Positions 45,778-61,319 of a DNA stretch of 64,000 nucleotides are shown one piece after another; position 1 is the first letter of the stretch; every line of letters starts with the position of its first letter. A program made the translations under genes and the position numbers. This stretch comes from the human T2T-CHM13v2.0 reference genome, Homo sapiens. The stretch is from assembly GCF_009914755.1 (NCBI RefSeq), contig NC_060936.1; one strand, written 5' to 3'. The notes beneath the pieces are model-generated. The model was not told the origin of the DNA. It was given only the letters and a program-made list of their open reading frames with translations, and ran no database searches.

Positions 45778-46149
45778 AATAAGCATGTATTTATCTAGAG
45801 CAATACAGTAGAATTTGAAGAGGGTTCAGTAGTTCTAGACCTTAAAGCAGATGTGCCATCCTGAGTCATTCTCACATGTTCTTCCAGAATGTGGATTCTC
45901 ATCCCCCCCACACATATGGATGCTGCCTCAGCTGGTGGCTGCTCTTATTCCCTTGAGGTCGCCATGTTCCCTCTGTCCTTGAGTTGGAGTCTTTCCTCTT
46001 TGGGATTCTGAAAAGGGAGTAAATCACATCTTCTACTTTTGTTTTTGTTTCCTTTTCTCCACGATTCCAATGAGGAAAATGCCTATCTCTCACAATTTAT
46101 AGGTGTAATTTTGAACATCATTCTTTGATAAAATTTCTTTTGCTATCCT

Positions 46150-47045
46150 GGAGAGGATTTAGGATGCTGTAGGTTGGGAAGTCATTTGGATTATATAGTA
46201 ACAATTGACTGAATGATCCAGAAAGTAAGCTGGTTATTGAAAGTCTTCTGATGTTCATGTTATCTAATACTGCGTTTTTTTTTTTTCTAAATTAGTGATG
46301 TGGATAATGGCATGTTGACCACATTTCAGTGGATGTGAAATAAGGAGGCATTATAAATACATTGACTACAAGAACCAGAATCTAAGATGGTTTTGCTAGG
46401 TTGAAATGTTGGATCTAATAAGAAACCAACAGCACAGGAAAAAGGATAATATGGCTAGTATTTATACATGTGTAAAACCTCATAGTTTTGGTTTATTATA
46501 ATCTTAATATGAATGAACAGCTTATGAGGGAAGGAAAAAGACCAAACGGAGTCTTAACCTGCCTTTGTAATTCTTTTCTACACTGATTAGGTCAGAAAAG
46601 CCTGTAATATTATCTTTGTTTCTGGTAAACATACTACAAGAAGGATATTGGCTATAGGAAGAAAAGGGTCTGGAATCATAGCATAAGAGTAAAGTTGAAA
46701 GAAGGGGGAAGTTTGGGTTGGAAATGTGACACTTTCCCTTGATGTCTAGTCTGATGTAATCAACTTCCTCTTCTCTGTTTCCATAGTGCTTTGGGACTGT
46801 TATAATTTTGTTCAGAGAAAAATTAGGTACACTTAAGCCTTAGATTCTTGAAGGTGGGAAGGTTTTCTATAGTTATCTTTTTATGCTCTCTAGGATGCTT
46901 GAGGTGCTCATATAAATCTCAATGTCATATAGATTTATTGACGGGAGGAAGATTTAGGCTTTAAGTGTCAAATTGGAAGACACATTGAGGGCCAACTAGT
47001 AAGTTACAAGGTAGTAGATTTTGTCTGAATATGAGGACAAAAATC
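46150..47045 (+). mobile_element. L3/CR1 remnants (with an L2-like piece at ~46740-46935)
   Basis: CR1-like blocks: GGCATGTTGACCACATTTCAGTGGATG, ATCTTAATATGAATGAACAG, GTTGAAAGAAGGGGGAAGTTTGG, AAGTTACAAGGTAGTAGATTTTG. Confidence 0.55.
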
Positions 47046-47104
47046 ATTGCATAAGACCTCATAAGGTTGTAAGTTCTTGAGGTAGCTTGATTATTGTCAA
47101 AAAA

Positions 47105-47385
47105 TATTCCTCATCCTACCTTGGGTGTGGATTATATTTTTCCATTCTCATTGGCTTTAGGTTTGGCCGCTTGAATTGTTCTGGCCAATGAAATGTGAGT
47201 GGAAGATCCAGCTCATGGTATTCTTTGTCCTCTTTTCCCTCTATCAAGACGATTAGCATTGTTTCCAATAGAGGCTGCTCTGTCAGTCTAGGTACTAGAG
47301 TAAAGATGATGTGTACATACAGGCTCATCCATGACAAACTTTTACTGTTCGTAATAATAAATAAGTGTTGAAGAAATAAATGTTG
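47105..47385 (+). mobile_element. MLT1 (MLT1J-like) LTR, 5' part
   Basis: TTCTGGCCAATGAAATGTGAGTGGAAG...AGAGGCTGCTCTGTCAGTCTAGG...AGAAATAAA. Confidence 0.7.
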
Positions 47386-47386
47386 G

Positions 47387-48049
<663 letters not shown>

Positions 48050-50812
48050 AAAGACAACAGACCATTAAGTAGATTGGCACACTCCAAACACTCTATATAG
48101 TTCTTTGGAAGGAAGGCATTGAGAGTGGACCGAGTGAGGACATGGACCCCAGGTTGAAAGAGGAGGAAACTGGGAACCCTGCATGTAGTTGCCAAGCACC
48201 AAGACTCATTCCAGGCACTGGGTGGCTCCTAGGGAAGAGGCGAGTGAAATAGTTGTGCAGTGGCCCACTCTTGCCACAGACCTCCAGGGTCCTAGATGTG
48301 GGAGGCCCCATGACACCCATCGATATTTGAGCTGGCAGGGAGAACTGCCTAGAGAGTTGGTAGGGACTGATCTCCAGCCTTTGTGGAGCCCAGAAGGTTT
48401 GGTGCAAAAAGAGCTGCAGTGGTGCAAAGCCATGGGTGTCCATCCCCCAAGGATCACCATACCCCCTAGGTGGCTTTATCCTTCGTTAGTTGCTAGACCT
48501 GGACAGAACAGGAAGTCTTGCCTGGGGGATAGAGCTAGTCTGATCGGAGTGTGCCTCTGTCTGCTGGCCTCTCCCAGGGTCCCTGCATGGACACATCCAC
48601 TTACACTGCAGCATCAGCTTGCCAGTGACATCACCATAGCTCTTTCACTGACAGACTCCCAATACCCATCAGAATACTTTTGCAGATGAACTCCTGCCAG
48701 TGCACACTCACCTACAGCCTCCTCCCCACTGGCACACACCCACTCTTAGCCTCTCCCCGCCAGAAGACATTATGCAAGACCTCATAATGTTGTAAGTTCT
48801 TGCCTGCAGCCTCCTTGGGCTGCCTTGCTGGTATGCATGTATACGTTGACCCTCCACCACCTTACTGGTGCACACTATGCTGGGACATTTGCTGCCCTGC
48901 CAGAATGTTTTTTCCAGCAGCCCCTGTTGGAGTATTCTTGCCAGTGGACTAAGAACATCTCACCCCCTCCAGTGCAGCAGGTGCTTAACCTGGAAGGGGC
49001 AAAGAACAAAGCCCCAGGCCTTGTCCTAGCTCCCCAGCATTACAGCATGCAGCCTAGGATGCTGAGTGAGAACATGGAAGCATCCAGAAAGGAAGCCATT
49101 GACCAAACTCAACTTATACCACAGACAAACCCTTATGAGCATCAAAGAATATAAAAGCAAAAAGCCCCACTCAAAAGACAGCAACTTCAAAGATTGAAGA
49201 AACATCTGCCCACACAGATGAGAAAGAATCAGTGCAGAAACTCGGCAACTCTGAAAGCCAGAATGTCTACTTATTTCTGACTGACTGCACTAGCTCCCCA
49301 GTAATGGTACTTAACCAGACTGAAATGGCTGAAATGTCAGAATTCAGAATCTGGATGGCAGAAAGCTCATTGAGATACAGAAGGTTGAAGCCCAATGCAA
49401 GGAACACAGTTAAACAGTCCAAGAGTTGAAAGACAACATAGCCGTTTTAAGAACCAAACAGAACTTCTGGAAATAAAAAAAATTATTGCAAGTATTTAAG
49501 AATTTAATTACTTAAAATGCAAGTAAGAGCATTAATAACAATAGACCGAGGTGAGGACAGAATTTCAGAGCTCTAAGACCTTTCCTTTGAATCAAGGCAG
49601 GCAGACAAAAATAAAAGAATAAAAAAGGAACAAAACCTCTGAGAAATATGGGATTACATAAAGAGACCAAACCTATGACTCATAGGAATTCCTGAAAAAG
49701 ACGAAGACAGAGCAAGCCACCTGGAAAACATACTTAAGGATATTGTCCACTAAAATTTTCCCAACCTCACTAGAGAGGTCAACATGCAAATTCAGGGAAT
49801 CCAGAGAACCTCCATAAGATATTATACAAGATGACCCTCCGTAAGAGACATATTCATCAGATTCTTCAAAGACAATGAAAAATAAAAAATATTAAAGGCA
49901 GCTAGAAAGAAGGAGTAGGCCACAAAGCCATCAAGCTAATAGCAGATCTTTCAGCAGAAACCTTACAAGCCAGAAAAGACTAGGGGCCTACATTTAGCAT
50001 CCATAAAGAAAAGAAATCCCAATCAAGAATTTCATATCCAGCCAAAATAAATTTCATAAGTGAAGGAGAAATAAAATCCTTTTCAGACAAGCAAATGCTA
50101 AGGGAGTATGTTATCACCAGACCTGCCTTACAAAAGGTCCTTAAGGGAGTGCGTAACATGAAAACAAAAGACTAATAGCTGTGATTACAAAAGCACACTT
50201 AAGTACATGGCCCACTGACATTATAAAGCAGCTGTAGAAGCAAATCTACATAATAACCAGATAACATGATGATAGGATCAAATTTGCACATATCAATATT
50301 AACCTTAAATGTAAACAGGCTAAATACCTCACTTAGAAAACACAGAATGACAAGTTGAATAAAAAAAGCACAGACCCAACTCTGTGCTGTCTTCAAGAGG
50401 CCATCTGACATGCAATGACACCCATAGGCTCAAAGTAAAGGTATGGAGGAAGACGTAGCAAGCAAATGGAAAACAAAAAAGAGCAGGGGTTGTTGTTCTA
50501 TTTCAGATATAACAGACAATGATAATAAAGACAAAGAAGGGCATTATGTAATGATGAAGGGTTCAATTCAACAAGAAGACTTAACTATCCTAAATATATA
50601 TGCACCCAATACTGAAGAACCAAGATTCATAAAATAAGTTCTTGGAGACTGCAAAAAGACTTAGATAACTGTACAATAATAGTGGGAGACTTCAACACCC
50701 CACTGGCAGTGTAAGGCAGATCATTGAAGCAGACAACTAAAAAAGATATTCAAGACCTAAACTCAACACTTTGACCAAATGGACCAAACAGACATCTACA
50801 GAATATTTCACC

Positions 50813-51165
50813 TGTATTAATTCTTTCTCATGCTGCTATGAAGAAATAGCTGAGACTGGTTAATTTATAAAGAAAAGAGGCCTAATTGACTCACAGTTCC
50901 ACATGACTTGGGAGGCCTCTGGAAACTTACAATCATGGTGGAAGGCACCTCTTTACATGGTAGCAGGGGAGAGAATGGGTGCCAAATGAAGGGGGAAGCC
51001 CCTTATAAAAACATCAAATCTCATGAGAACTCACTATCATGAGAACAGCATGGGGGAAACTCACCCCATGATTCAGTTATCTCCACTTGGTCCCACCCTT
51101 GACACATCGGGATTATTACAATTCAAGGTGAGATTTGGCTGGTGCCACAGAGCCAAACCATATCA
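50813..51165 (-). mobile_element. THE1D-like MaLR solo LTR inserted in L1 ORF2
   Basis: TGTATTA...GAGCCAAACCATATCA; 5-bp TSD TCACC/CCACC. Confidence 0.9.
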
Positions 51166-51730
51166 CCACCTAACAACAGAATATACATTCTTCTAATCTG
51201 CACATGACACGTACTGTAAGATTTACCACACATTTGGCCATAAAACAATCCTCAGCAAATTCCAAAAAATCAGAAGCATACCAACCACACTGTCATATCA
51301 CAGCACAATAAAAATACAAATTAGAACCAAGAAGATCTCTCAAAACCATACAATTACACTTAAATTCACCTGTTTCTGAATGACTTTTGGGTAAAGAATG
51401 AAATTAAGGCAGACATCAAGAAATTATTCAAAACTAATGAAAACAAAGATACAACATACCAGAATTTCTGGACACAGCTAAAACAGTGTTAAGAGGAAAG
51501 TTTATAGCACTAAATGCTCACATGAAGAAGTTTCAGAGATCTCAAGTTAACAATCTAATATCACACTTAGAGGAACTAGAAAAGCAAGAACAAACCAACC
51601 CCAAAGCTAGCAGAAGAAGAGAAATCACTAAAATCAGAGCTGAACTGAATGAAGTTGAGATGTAAAAAACCATATAAAAGATCAATGAAACCAAAAGTTG
51701 GCTTTGTTGAAGAATAAATAAGATTGATTG

Positions 51731-51887
51731 GTTTGGAGGGGGGAGGGATAGCATTGGGAGATATACCTAATGCTAGATGACACATTAGTGGGTGCAGCGC
51801 ACCAGCATGGCACATGTATACATATGTAACTAACCTGCACAATGTGCACATGTATCCTAAAACTTAGAGTATAATAAAAAAAAAAAA
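51731..51887 (+). mobile_element. L1HS-Ta, severely 5'-truncated (~145 nt + A tail)
   Basis: Ta diagnostics ACA (51782-51784, GATGACACATTAG) and G (51867, AACTTAGAGTAT); perfect 11-bp TSD AAGATTGATTG at 51720-51730 and 51888-51898. Confidence 0.95.
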
Positions 51888-54821
51888 AAGATTGATTGAC
51901 TGCCAGCTAGACTAATAAAGAAAAAGAATATGTAAATAACACAATCAGAAATGACAAAGGTGGTATTACCATGACCTGTCAGAAATACCAAAAATCCTCA
52001 GAGATATTTGTGAACACTTCTATGCATACAAACTACAAAACCTAGAAAAAAATGAACAAATTCTTGGAAACACACAACCTTGAAAGATTGAACCAGGAAG
52101 AAAATGACTCCCTGAATAGGCTAATAAAAATTCTAAAATTGAATCAGTAATAAAAAAAACCTACCAACCAGAAAAAGCCCTTGAACAGATGGATTCACAG
52201 CCAAATTCTATCAGCTGTATAAAGAAGAGCTGGTATCAATCCTACTGAAATCATCCCAAAAAATGGAGGAAGAGGGACTCCTCCCTAACTCATTTTATGA
52301 GGCCAGCATCATCCTGATACCAAAACCTGGCAGAGACACAACAATAACAAAAAAAACTTCAGGCCAATATCCTTCATGAACACAGATGCAAAAATCCTCA
52401 GCAAAATATGAGCAAATCCAATCCCCCAGCACATCAAAAAGCTAACCCATCACAATAAAGTTGGATTTATCCCTGGGGCTCAAGGTTGGTTTGACTCACA
52501 CAAATCAATAAATGTGATATACCACATAAACAGAATTAAAAGCAAAAACCACATGATTATCTCAATAAATGCAGAAAAGGCTTTCTATAAAATTCACCAT
52601 CCTTTCATGTTAAAAACTCTCAACAAAGTAGGCATCATAGGAACATACCTCAAAGTATTAAGAACCATCTATCACAAACCCACAGCCAACATCATACTGA
52701 ACAAGCAAAATCTGGAAGCATTCCCCCTGAGAACTAGAACAAGACAAGGATGCCCACTCTCACCACTTCTATTAAATGTAGTACTAGAAGTCCTAGCCAG
52801 AGCAGTCAGGCAAGAGAAAGAAATAGAAGGCATCCAAATAGGAAGAGATGAAGTCAAATGATCTCTCTTTGCAGACAGTATGATTCTTTACCTAGAAAAC
52901 GACATAGTTTCTATCCAAAGGCTTCTAGAACTGATAAACAACTTCAATAAAGTTTTGGGATACAAAATCAATATAGAAAAATCAGTAGCATTCCATAAAT
53001 CAATAATGTCCAAGTTGTGAGAGCCAAATAAAAAACGCAATCCCACTTACAAGAGCCACACAAAAATAACACACATAGGAATACAGCTAACTAGGGAGGT
53101 GAAAGATCTCTACAACAAGAATTACAAAACATTGTGCAAAACATTGCTGAAAGAAATCAGAGATGACACAAACAAGTGGAAATCTTTCCATGCTCAACGG
53201 TATAGAATCAATATTGCTAAAATGGCCATATTGCCCAAAGGAATCTATAGATTCAGTGGCATTCTTATCAAACTACCAATGTCATTTTTTTCACAGAATT
53301 AGAAAAAACTATTCTGAGACTCATATGGAACCAAAAAAGAGCCCAAATAGCCAAAGTGATATTAAGCAAAAAGAACAAAGCCATAGACATCACACTGCCT
53401 GACATTATACAACAAAGCTACATTGTGTGCTACATGATACTATGTATAGCATGGCACTGGTACAAAAACAGACACATAGACCAATGGAACAGGTTAGAGA
53501 ACTCAGAAATGAAGCCGCAAACCTACAGCCATGCAATCTTTGACAAAGTCTACAAAAATAAAACAATGGGGAAATTACTCCCTATTGAATAAATGGTGCT
53601 GGGGAAAATGCAGATGATTGACTCAGGACCTCTTCCTTTTACCATATACAAAAAATAAAATGGATTAAAGACTTAAATACATCACCTAAAACTACAAAAA
53701 CCCTAGAAGAAAACCTAGGAAATACTACTCTGGACATAGGCTTTGGTAAAGATTTCATGACAAAGTCTCCAAAATCAGTTGCAACAAAAATAGAAATTGA
53801 CAAGTGGGATTCATTTAAACTAAAGAGCTCCCGCACAGCAAACAAAACAAAGAGCAGTGTAAACAGTCAACCTACAGATGGGGAGAAAATGTTTGCAAAC
53901 TATGCATCAGAAAAAAGTCTAACATCCAGAATCTATAAGGAACTTAACAAGCAACAAACAAATAATCCCATTAAAAAATGGGCAAAGGGCATGAATAGAC
54001 ACTTCTCAAAAGAAGGCATATATGTGGACAACAAGCATGTGAAAAAATGCTCAGTGTCACTAATTAGAGAAATGCAAATCAAAACCACATTGAGATACTA
54101 TCTTACACCAGTCGGAATGGCTATTATTATAAAGTCAGAAAATAATAGATGTTGGTGAAGTTACCAAGAAAAGGTGATGCTTATACACTGCTGGTGGGAA
54201 TGTAAGTTAGTTCAGCCACTGTGGAAAGCAGTTTGGAGATTTCTCAAAGAGCTAAAAACAGAAATACCATTTCACCCAGCAATCCCATTACTGGGTATAT
54301 ACCCAAAGGAATATAAATCATTCCGCCAAAAAGACACATGCATGCATACGTTCATCGCAGCAGTATTTACAGTAGCAAAGACATGGAATCAATCTAGCTG
54401 CCCATGAATGGTAAACTATATAAAGAAACTGTGATACATATACATCATAGAGTACCACTCACCCGCAAAGTGTATGAAATCATGTCCTTTGCAGCAACGT
54501 GGATGCAGCTGGAGGCCATTATCCTAAGCAAACTGATGTGGGAACAGCAAACCAAATACTGTATGTTTTCACTTGTAAGTGGGAGCTATACATTGAGTAC
54601 ACATGGACACAAAGAGGGGAATAATAGACACCAGGGCCTACTTGAGAGTGGAGGATGAGAGGAGAGTAAGGATTGAAAAACTACCTATCAGGTATTATGT
54701 TACTATCTGGGTGATGAAATCATTTGTATATCAAACCTCAGCAACATGCAATATACCCATCCATGTAACAAACCAGCACATGTACCCCTTGAACCTAAAA
54801 TAAAAGTTGTAAAGAAAAAAA

Positions 54822-54902
54822 AAGAGCTAAATGTTATTGTAAGCTACTAAATTTTTGCTTGTTTTCTTCTCATAGCTTCACCCAGTCTATACTAACTGAT
54901 AT
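54822..54902 (+). mobile_element. MLT1 LTR, 3' part (continuation of 47105-47385)
   Basis: TAAATGTTATTGTAAGCTACTAAATTTTTG...CCCAGTCTATACTAACTGATA resembles the MLT1 3' terminus. Confidence 0.65.
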
Positions 54903-55369
54903 TGTTCCTCTGAAGACAAAGGGGGAAATTATAGCTAGTGTTCCTGTAGAGGAAGTTCATATTTAGGGTAGTAGTTTTGATTACGTCTCTTTGAATTGTG
55001 AGCAGCCATGAGAACCATTCATAATCTCTTTGGGTTCTTTTCTCTGGAACTGCATCATCCACCACTTGTTCTCTACATTCAACTAAACATTCAGGCTCAC
55101 ACAACTACCATAGCCGCATTTGACACCAGTCCACCTGGAGGGAGGCTTAACTTGGTGGCAGGGCAGTATTAGGTGCTCCCTGTCATTGAGACTCCTTTTA
55201 ACAGTTAACACAGCTAATTTAGCCTCTGGAGTTACTTTCTATCCAAATGATAGCTCAGGTGAAAGAAGATGAAATCTACATGGGGGTGGGTGTGGAATCT
55301 GATTTAAACACCTTATATTCCACAGGAGTTAAAGTCCCTTGGGACAATACCATCATAGGCATAGGCATT

Positions 55370-55520
55370 AGGTGAAGTTATACATTCATCTTTACAACTA
55401 GTTAGGCAACTTTAAACAAATTTTATCTCTCTAGGTCTTTGTTTTCTGTGTGTAGAAAATGGGGAGGTGAAATCAAATGAGTTTTAAGAGAATTCCTGAC
55501 TCTGATATCTTCAGATTCTG
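55370..55520 (+). mobile_element. MIR-family fragment
   Basis: CTCTCTAGGTCTTTGTTTTCTGTGTGTAGAAAATGGGGAGG. Confidence 0.55.
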
Positions 55521-57299
55521 GACTAAGGCCTCTGAATGAAGACAGACACGCAGAATATTAGATTGAAAATAAAACTTGGCCAAAGGCTTATAGTTATGGT
55601 AAAATTAAATTTTAATTTGTCAGTATACAAAATCTGGAGGATAATTTTGTTGTATTCAGTTTTTAAGTTCTATAACCGTAAAGGTCTATTAAATATAAGC
55701 CAGGTACCAGTTTTTATATTTACGAACCCTGTTTTAATCTACATCTGCTTGTGGGAGTTAATTGACAGCATATTTCTGGTGTTTGATATTTTTCCCTTCT
55801 CTTATAATCACTGAGATGTAAATTTTATATTGTAGGCTTTAAACAAAGGAAGAAAGTTACATTTTTGATTATTTTTAAATGACTTTTCATTTATGGATCC
55901 TGCTTTTTTTGATATGATACAGTGCTCCAAAAATCACTGTGACAAATGCAAGCAATATCAGAGCCCAGGAAAGACACTTTCTTGGATGAACTTTTTCATT
56001 ATGCTTCATTGAGGTTGCATATTTAAATTGTAGCAATGCACTGAAGCAAAGAACAGATGGATGTACTCTGGGTCTGAGCAGTAACCCGGATACCTGGTCT
56101 ACAGGTGTTTTTCATCATCATTGCTATATACATGTACAGTGTCCTAGTATTCAGGTAGATGACATGGAGGCATGAGGATGTTTTCCCCATTAAATACGTT
56201 GAAATAGGTAATGATATTTTTAAAAACCATTAAAAATTATATTCCATGGATAGCTACTTCACCAGGGCAGATATTCTTGTGTAATTGTATATTCTGCTGG
56301 TGGGTCTGGAGGTCCTAATCCCACCAAAGGCTATCAGAGTTGGATATGATGCAGCTCTTTTGTTCACCTCTCTTAAATCTTGCTATGATAATAAGATTAG
56401 TGATATTCCCAGTATATTGAACACATATAAATTGAACCATGTAGTCAGAAAGTAACTTCTTTGAAATTTCATTGTTATTTAACATTTATTCAGTGAAGCT
56501 GGTTCTTCTCTTGTCCTGAAAATGTGTGCAGTCAAATGAATTTTCTAGACAATCTTTAAGTAATTCAAAGAGTTGATATCCAAAAAGAAAAGCAGTCCAT
56601 CCTGCATAAGAGCCATCAATCTTCATTAAAAGATAAAAGTTGATTTAAAATGGAAGATCCTCTTCCTCCTCCAATCCAAACCTGCTATAGTCTGAGAACC
56701 CTGTGTCCCCAGAATGAGAGGCAGTCATTGGCTATGGGATGGACTTTCACTCTCATGCCCACTTAGCCTTCAATTCCTTTTCTCTTCACTTGCTACCTTA
56801 TTTCTGAACTCTCTCATGTTGGTGGTTAGGGAGGAAGGAGAGGACAGAGGCAGGAAATTTTACTTGTCTGGTACTGTGAAGGTGATGGGGCCATACTCTG
56901 GACATAGCACACATTAAAGCTGATTCTTTCCTGCATGGGCACATGTGGTTCTTCAGAGATGAGCCCTCCATTGCAATTCCTCTGACACGGGCAAGTGCAA
57001 TTTGTATTTAGTCTACATAGCCCCAAGGAACCAAATGTAAGGAACCAAAGAATGTAAGGAATGCCCTTTGGTTCTTTCTGTTGATGCTTGCTCATTTTTC
57101 TTGCAGGCTCTTTTAGCATCTAAAAATTCCCCATACAGTTATCTCTCCCACATGAGACCACATTTGGTCCAAGAGAAACACTCATACTCACCACTAATAC
57201 ATTGGCACTGATAATTCCCAGAAAACAGCTCCTTTCCTGCCTCGGCTACTTCAGTCAGGTTCTTGCCACTATGTTCCCAGCAGCAGAGGACGTTGCCTC

Positions 57300-57525
57300 C
57301 TTTTACAGTTACTTTTTCCTGGCTTTAGGTGAAGGGTAGGGCAATTCTCTGAAAAGCCTTTAAAAAAAAATCCCTTTCTGGGTTTCTGTGGTGCTGGCAG
57401 TATTCTGTTTCTTGACTCAAGTGCCAGCTATATTGGTGTGTATTTAGTGATAATTTATTATGCTTTACATTTATATTTTATAGCTTTTCTCTGTGTTAGA
57501 CCCCAATAATACTCATTCAGAAAAA
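57300..57525 (+). mobile_element. Ancient L1M 3' fragment
   Basis: TTCTGTGGTGCTGGCAGTATTCTGTTTCTTGAC...GTGATAATTTATT. Confidence 0.5.
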
Positions 57526-57774
57526 AAGTAGTCAAAATAATATCATCTGGTGCTAAAAGCAATGCAACAAAGAGCCTCCTTCCTAATCTCCAACTCACAA
57601 CCTTCATACACTTTTTAAGACGTATCTTCTCTCTGGTTCTTACTTTTTTTTTTTGAATAATTTTGTATCTTGTTTTAGCTTCTCATTTCAGAAAGCGCCT
57701 CAGTTGAAATTTTTGTTTTATCACTTGTACATTCATTTTAACTACAATCTAGTGAATACTAATATCCAATACCA

Positions 57775-57975
57775 TAATAAGCCTTTTACCTACATTATCT
57801 CAAGAAATCTTCCTACAAACTCAAAAAGGTTAAGAATTGTTAACCCCATTTTGCAAATGTGGAAACCAAGTCTCTAGGGATGGAGTCATTTGCCCAAGGT
57901 TGCAGGACAAATACATGGCTATGCCAAAATTTAGACCCAAAATTCTTTGACTCCATAGCCCATGCTTTTTCCATG
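57775..57975 (-). mobile_element. MIR
   Basis: CCCCATTTTGCAAATGTGGAAACCAAG...TTGCCCAAGGT...TGACTCCATAGCCCATGCT. Confidence 0.8.
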
Positions 57976-59094
57976 TAGACAATTCTCAGTCTCAGAACAA
58001 GGATTCTCATGAGCGCAACTTGGGTGCCACCACAAAATATGTAACAACGTTGAAATTGCTGACCATGTCAGATTTCCAAGTCTCTCCCATTTGCTGAAAT
58101 CGAAGTGAAATATTTGTATGGAGATCTCAAGTCTGGTGACCAAAGCCTGTTTCAAGCCTAAGGGAATTCTATTGTAAGCTTATGGCTCTTGTGATGGGCA
58201 AAACTATACCTGTCCTAAACTAAACACAGAATAAAAGATGGACAAAGGAGAAGGGATTGTTCTTAAAAATTTACTCAGCCACTGAGGTTGGTTGATAATT
58301 TCATTCTACAAAACAAATTATTAGTGGCCTAAGGACTAAGACAATTTACTTAGAAACTTCAGAAGAGTAAATAATTTAGCTCTCTGTCATGGAGTTGGGA
58401 AGCAATTGCCCATTAGGCTAATTTGGGGAAAAAGAACTTGTGTACCAGATGAACCAGATATATGGTCTTTACCTGGGTAGCTCAAGCTGCAGAGAAAATG
58501 TTTATTTAGCAGATATTGAATGAATATATCTACAGCAATTAAGTGAGGTTAAGAATTACTTTGGAGATTTTTTTGGTGATAGAACACTGTGGGACCTCAC
58601 AGTACTGAGGCCCATGAACTGACTGATTCTACCCCTTGTTGATAAAATAAAACTGCTGATGAATCTAATAGTAGTGTCCATGTATTGTAAGCAGAGATAC
58701 ATGTATTACCTTGCTTCAATTTCTTGGTAAATTTAATCCATTGAAATTAAAATTTATCCCAAAAGCGTTTTTTTTCTAAAATATGATTTCCAAATTTCCT
58801 CATTATAAACATAATAAAAATTCACTATAGGCAACCAGAAAAATTAAAAGAAACATTTTAACTTGGTAATTCTAAGGTGATAATCATTTAACCTTTTTAA
58901 TGTTAATTCTTTCTTTGTTACAGTTGAACTCAGGATTTATAAACAATTTTATTGTCTCTTTTTTTCTTCACTTAACTGCATAAGATAAGCCATTTTTGTT
59001 GTTATAAAATTAAATCTATATTTTAAACTAATAATTCTTTAATTTTATAAACTAGCCAATCAGTGTTCAGATTTTCTAAATCATATCATACATA

Positions 59095-59496
59095 TTTTCT
59101 TTGTTTTGTTTTGTTTTCAACTTTTATTTTAGGTTCAGGGGTATAAGAGCAGGTTTGTTATATAGGTAAACTACATGTCACGGGGGTTTGGAGTACAAAT
59201 TATTTTGTCACTCGGGTAATAAGTATAATATCTGATAGGTATGTTTTCTGATCCTCTCCCTCCTCCCACCCTCCACCTTCAAGTAGGCCCCAGGGTCAGT
59301 TGTTCTTCTCTTAGTGTCCAAGTGTTCTCATTGTTTAGCTCCCACTTATAAGTGAGAACATGTATTTGGTTCTATGTTCTGCATTAGTTTGTTTAGGATA
59401 ATGACCTCCAGCTCCAACCATGTTGCTGCAACAGATGTGACCTCATTCTTTTTTATGGCTGCATAATATCCTACAGTGTATATGTACCACATTTTC
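59095..59496 (-). mobile_element. L1PA15/16-like 3' end
   Basis: CAACTTTTATTTTAGGTTCAGGGG...GTTATATAGGTAAACT..GTCACGGGGGTTTG...GTACCACATTTTCT. Confidence 0.88.
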
Positions 59497-61308
<1,812 letters not shown>

Positions 61309-61319
61309 CCGCTCCCTAT

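Noticed and set aside
48189-49154. 166-aa and 109-aa ORFs
   Set aside because: Within the GC-rich 5'UTR of the old L1; chance ORFs
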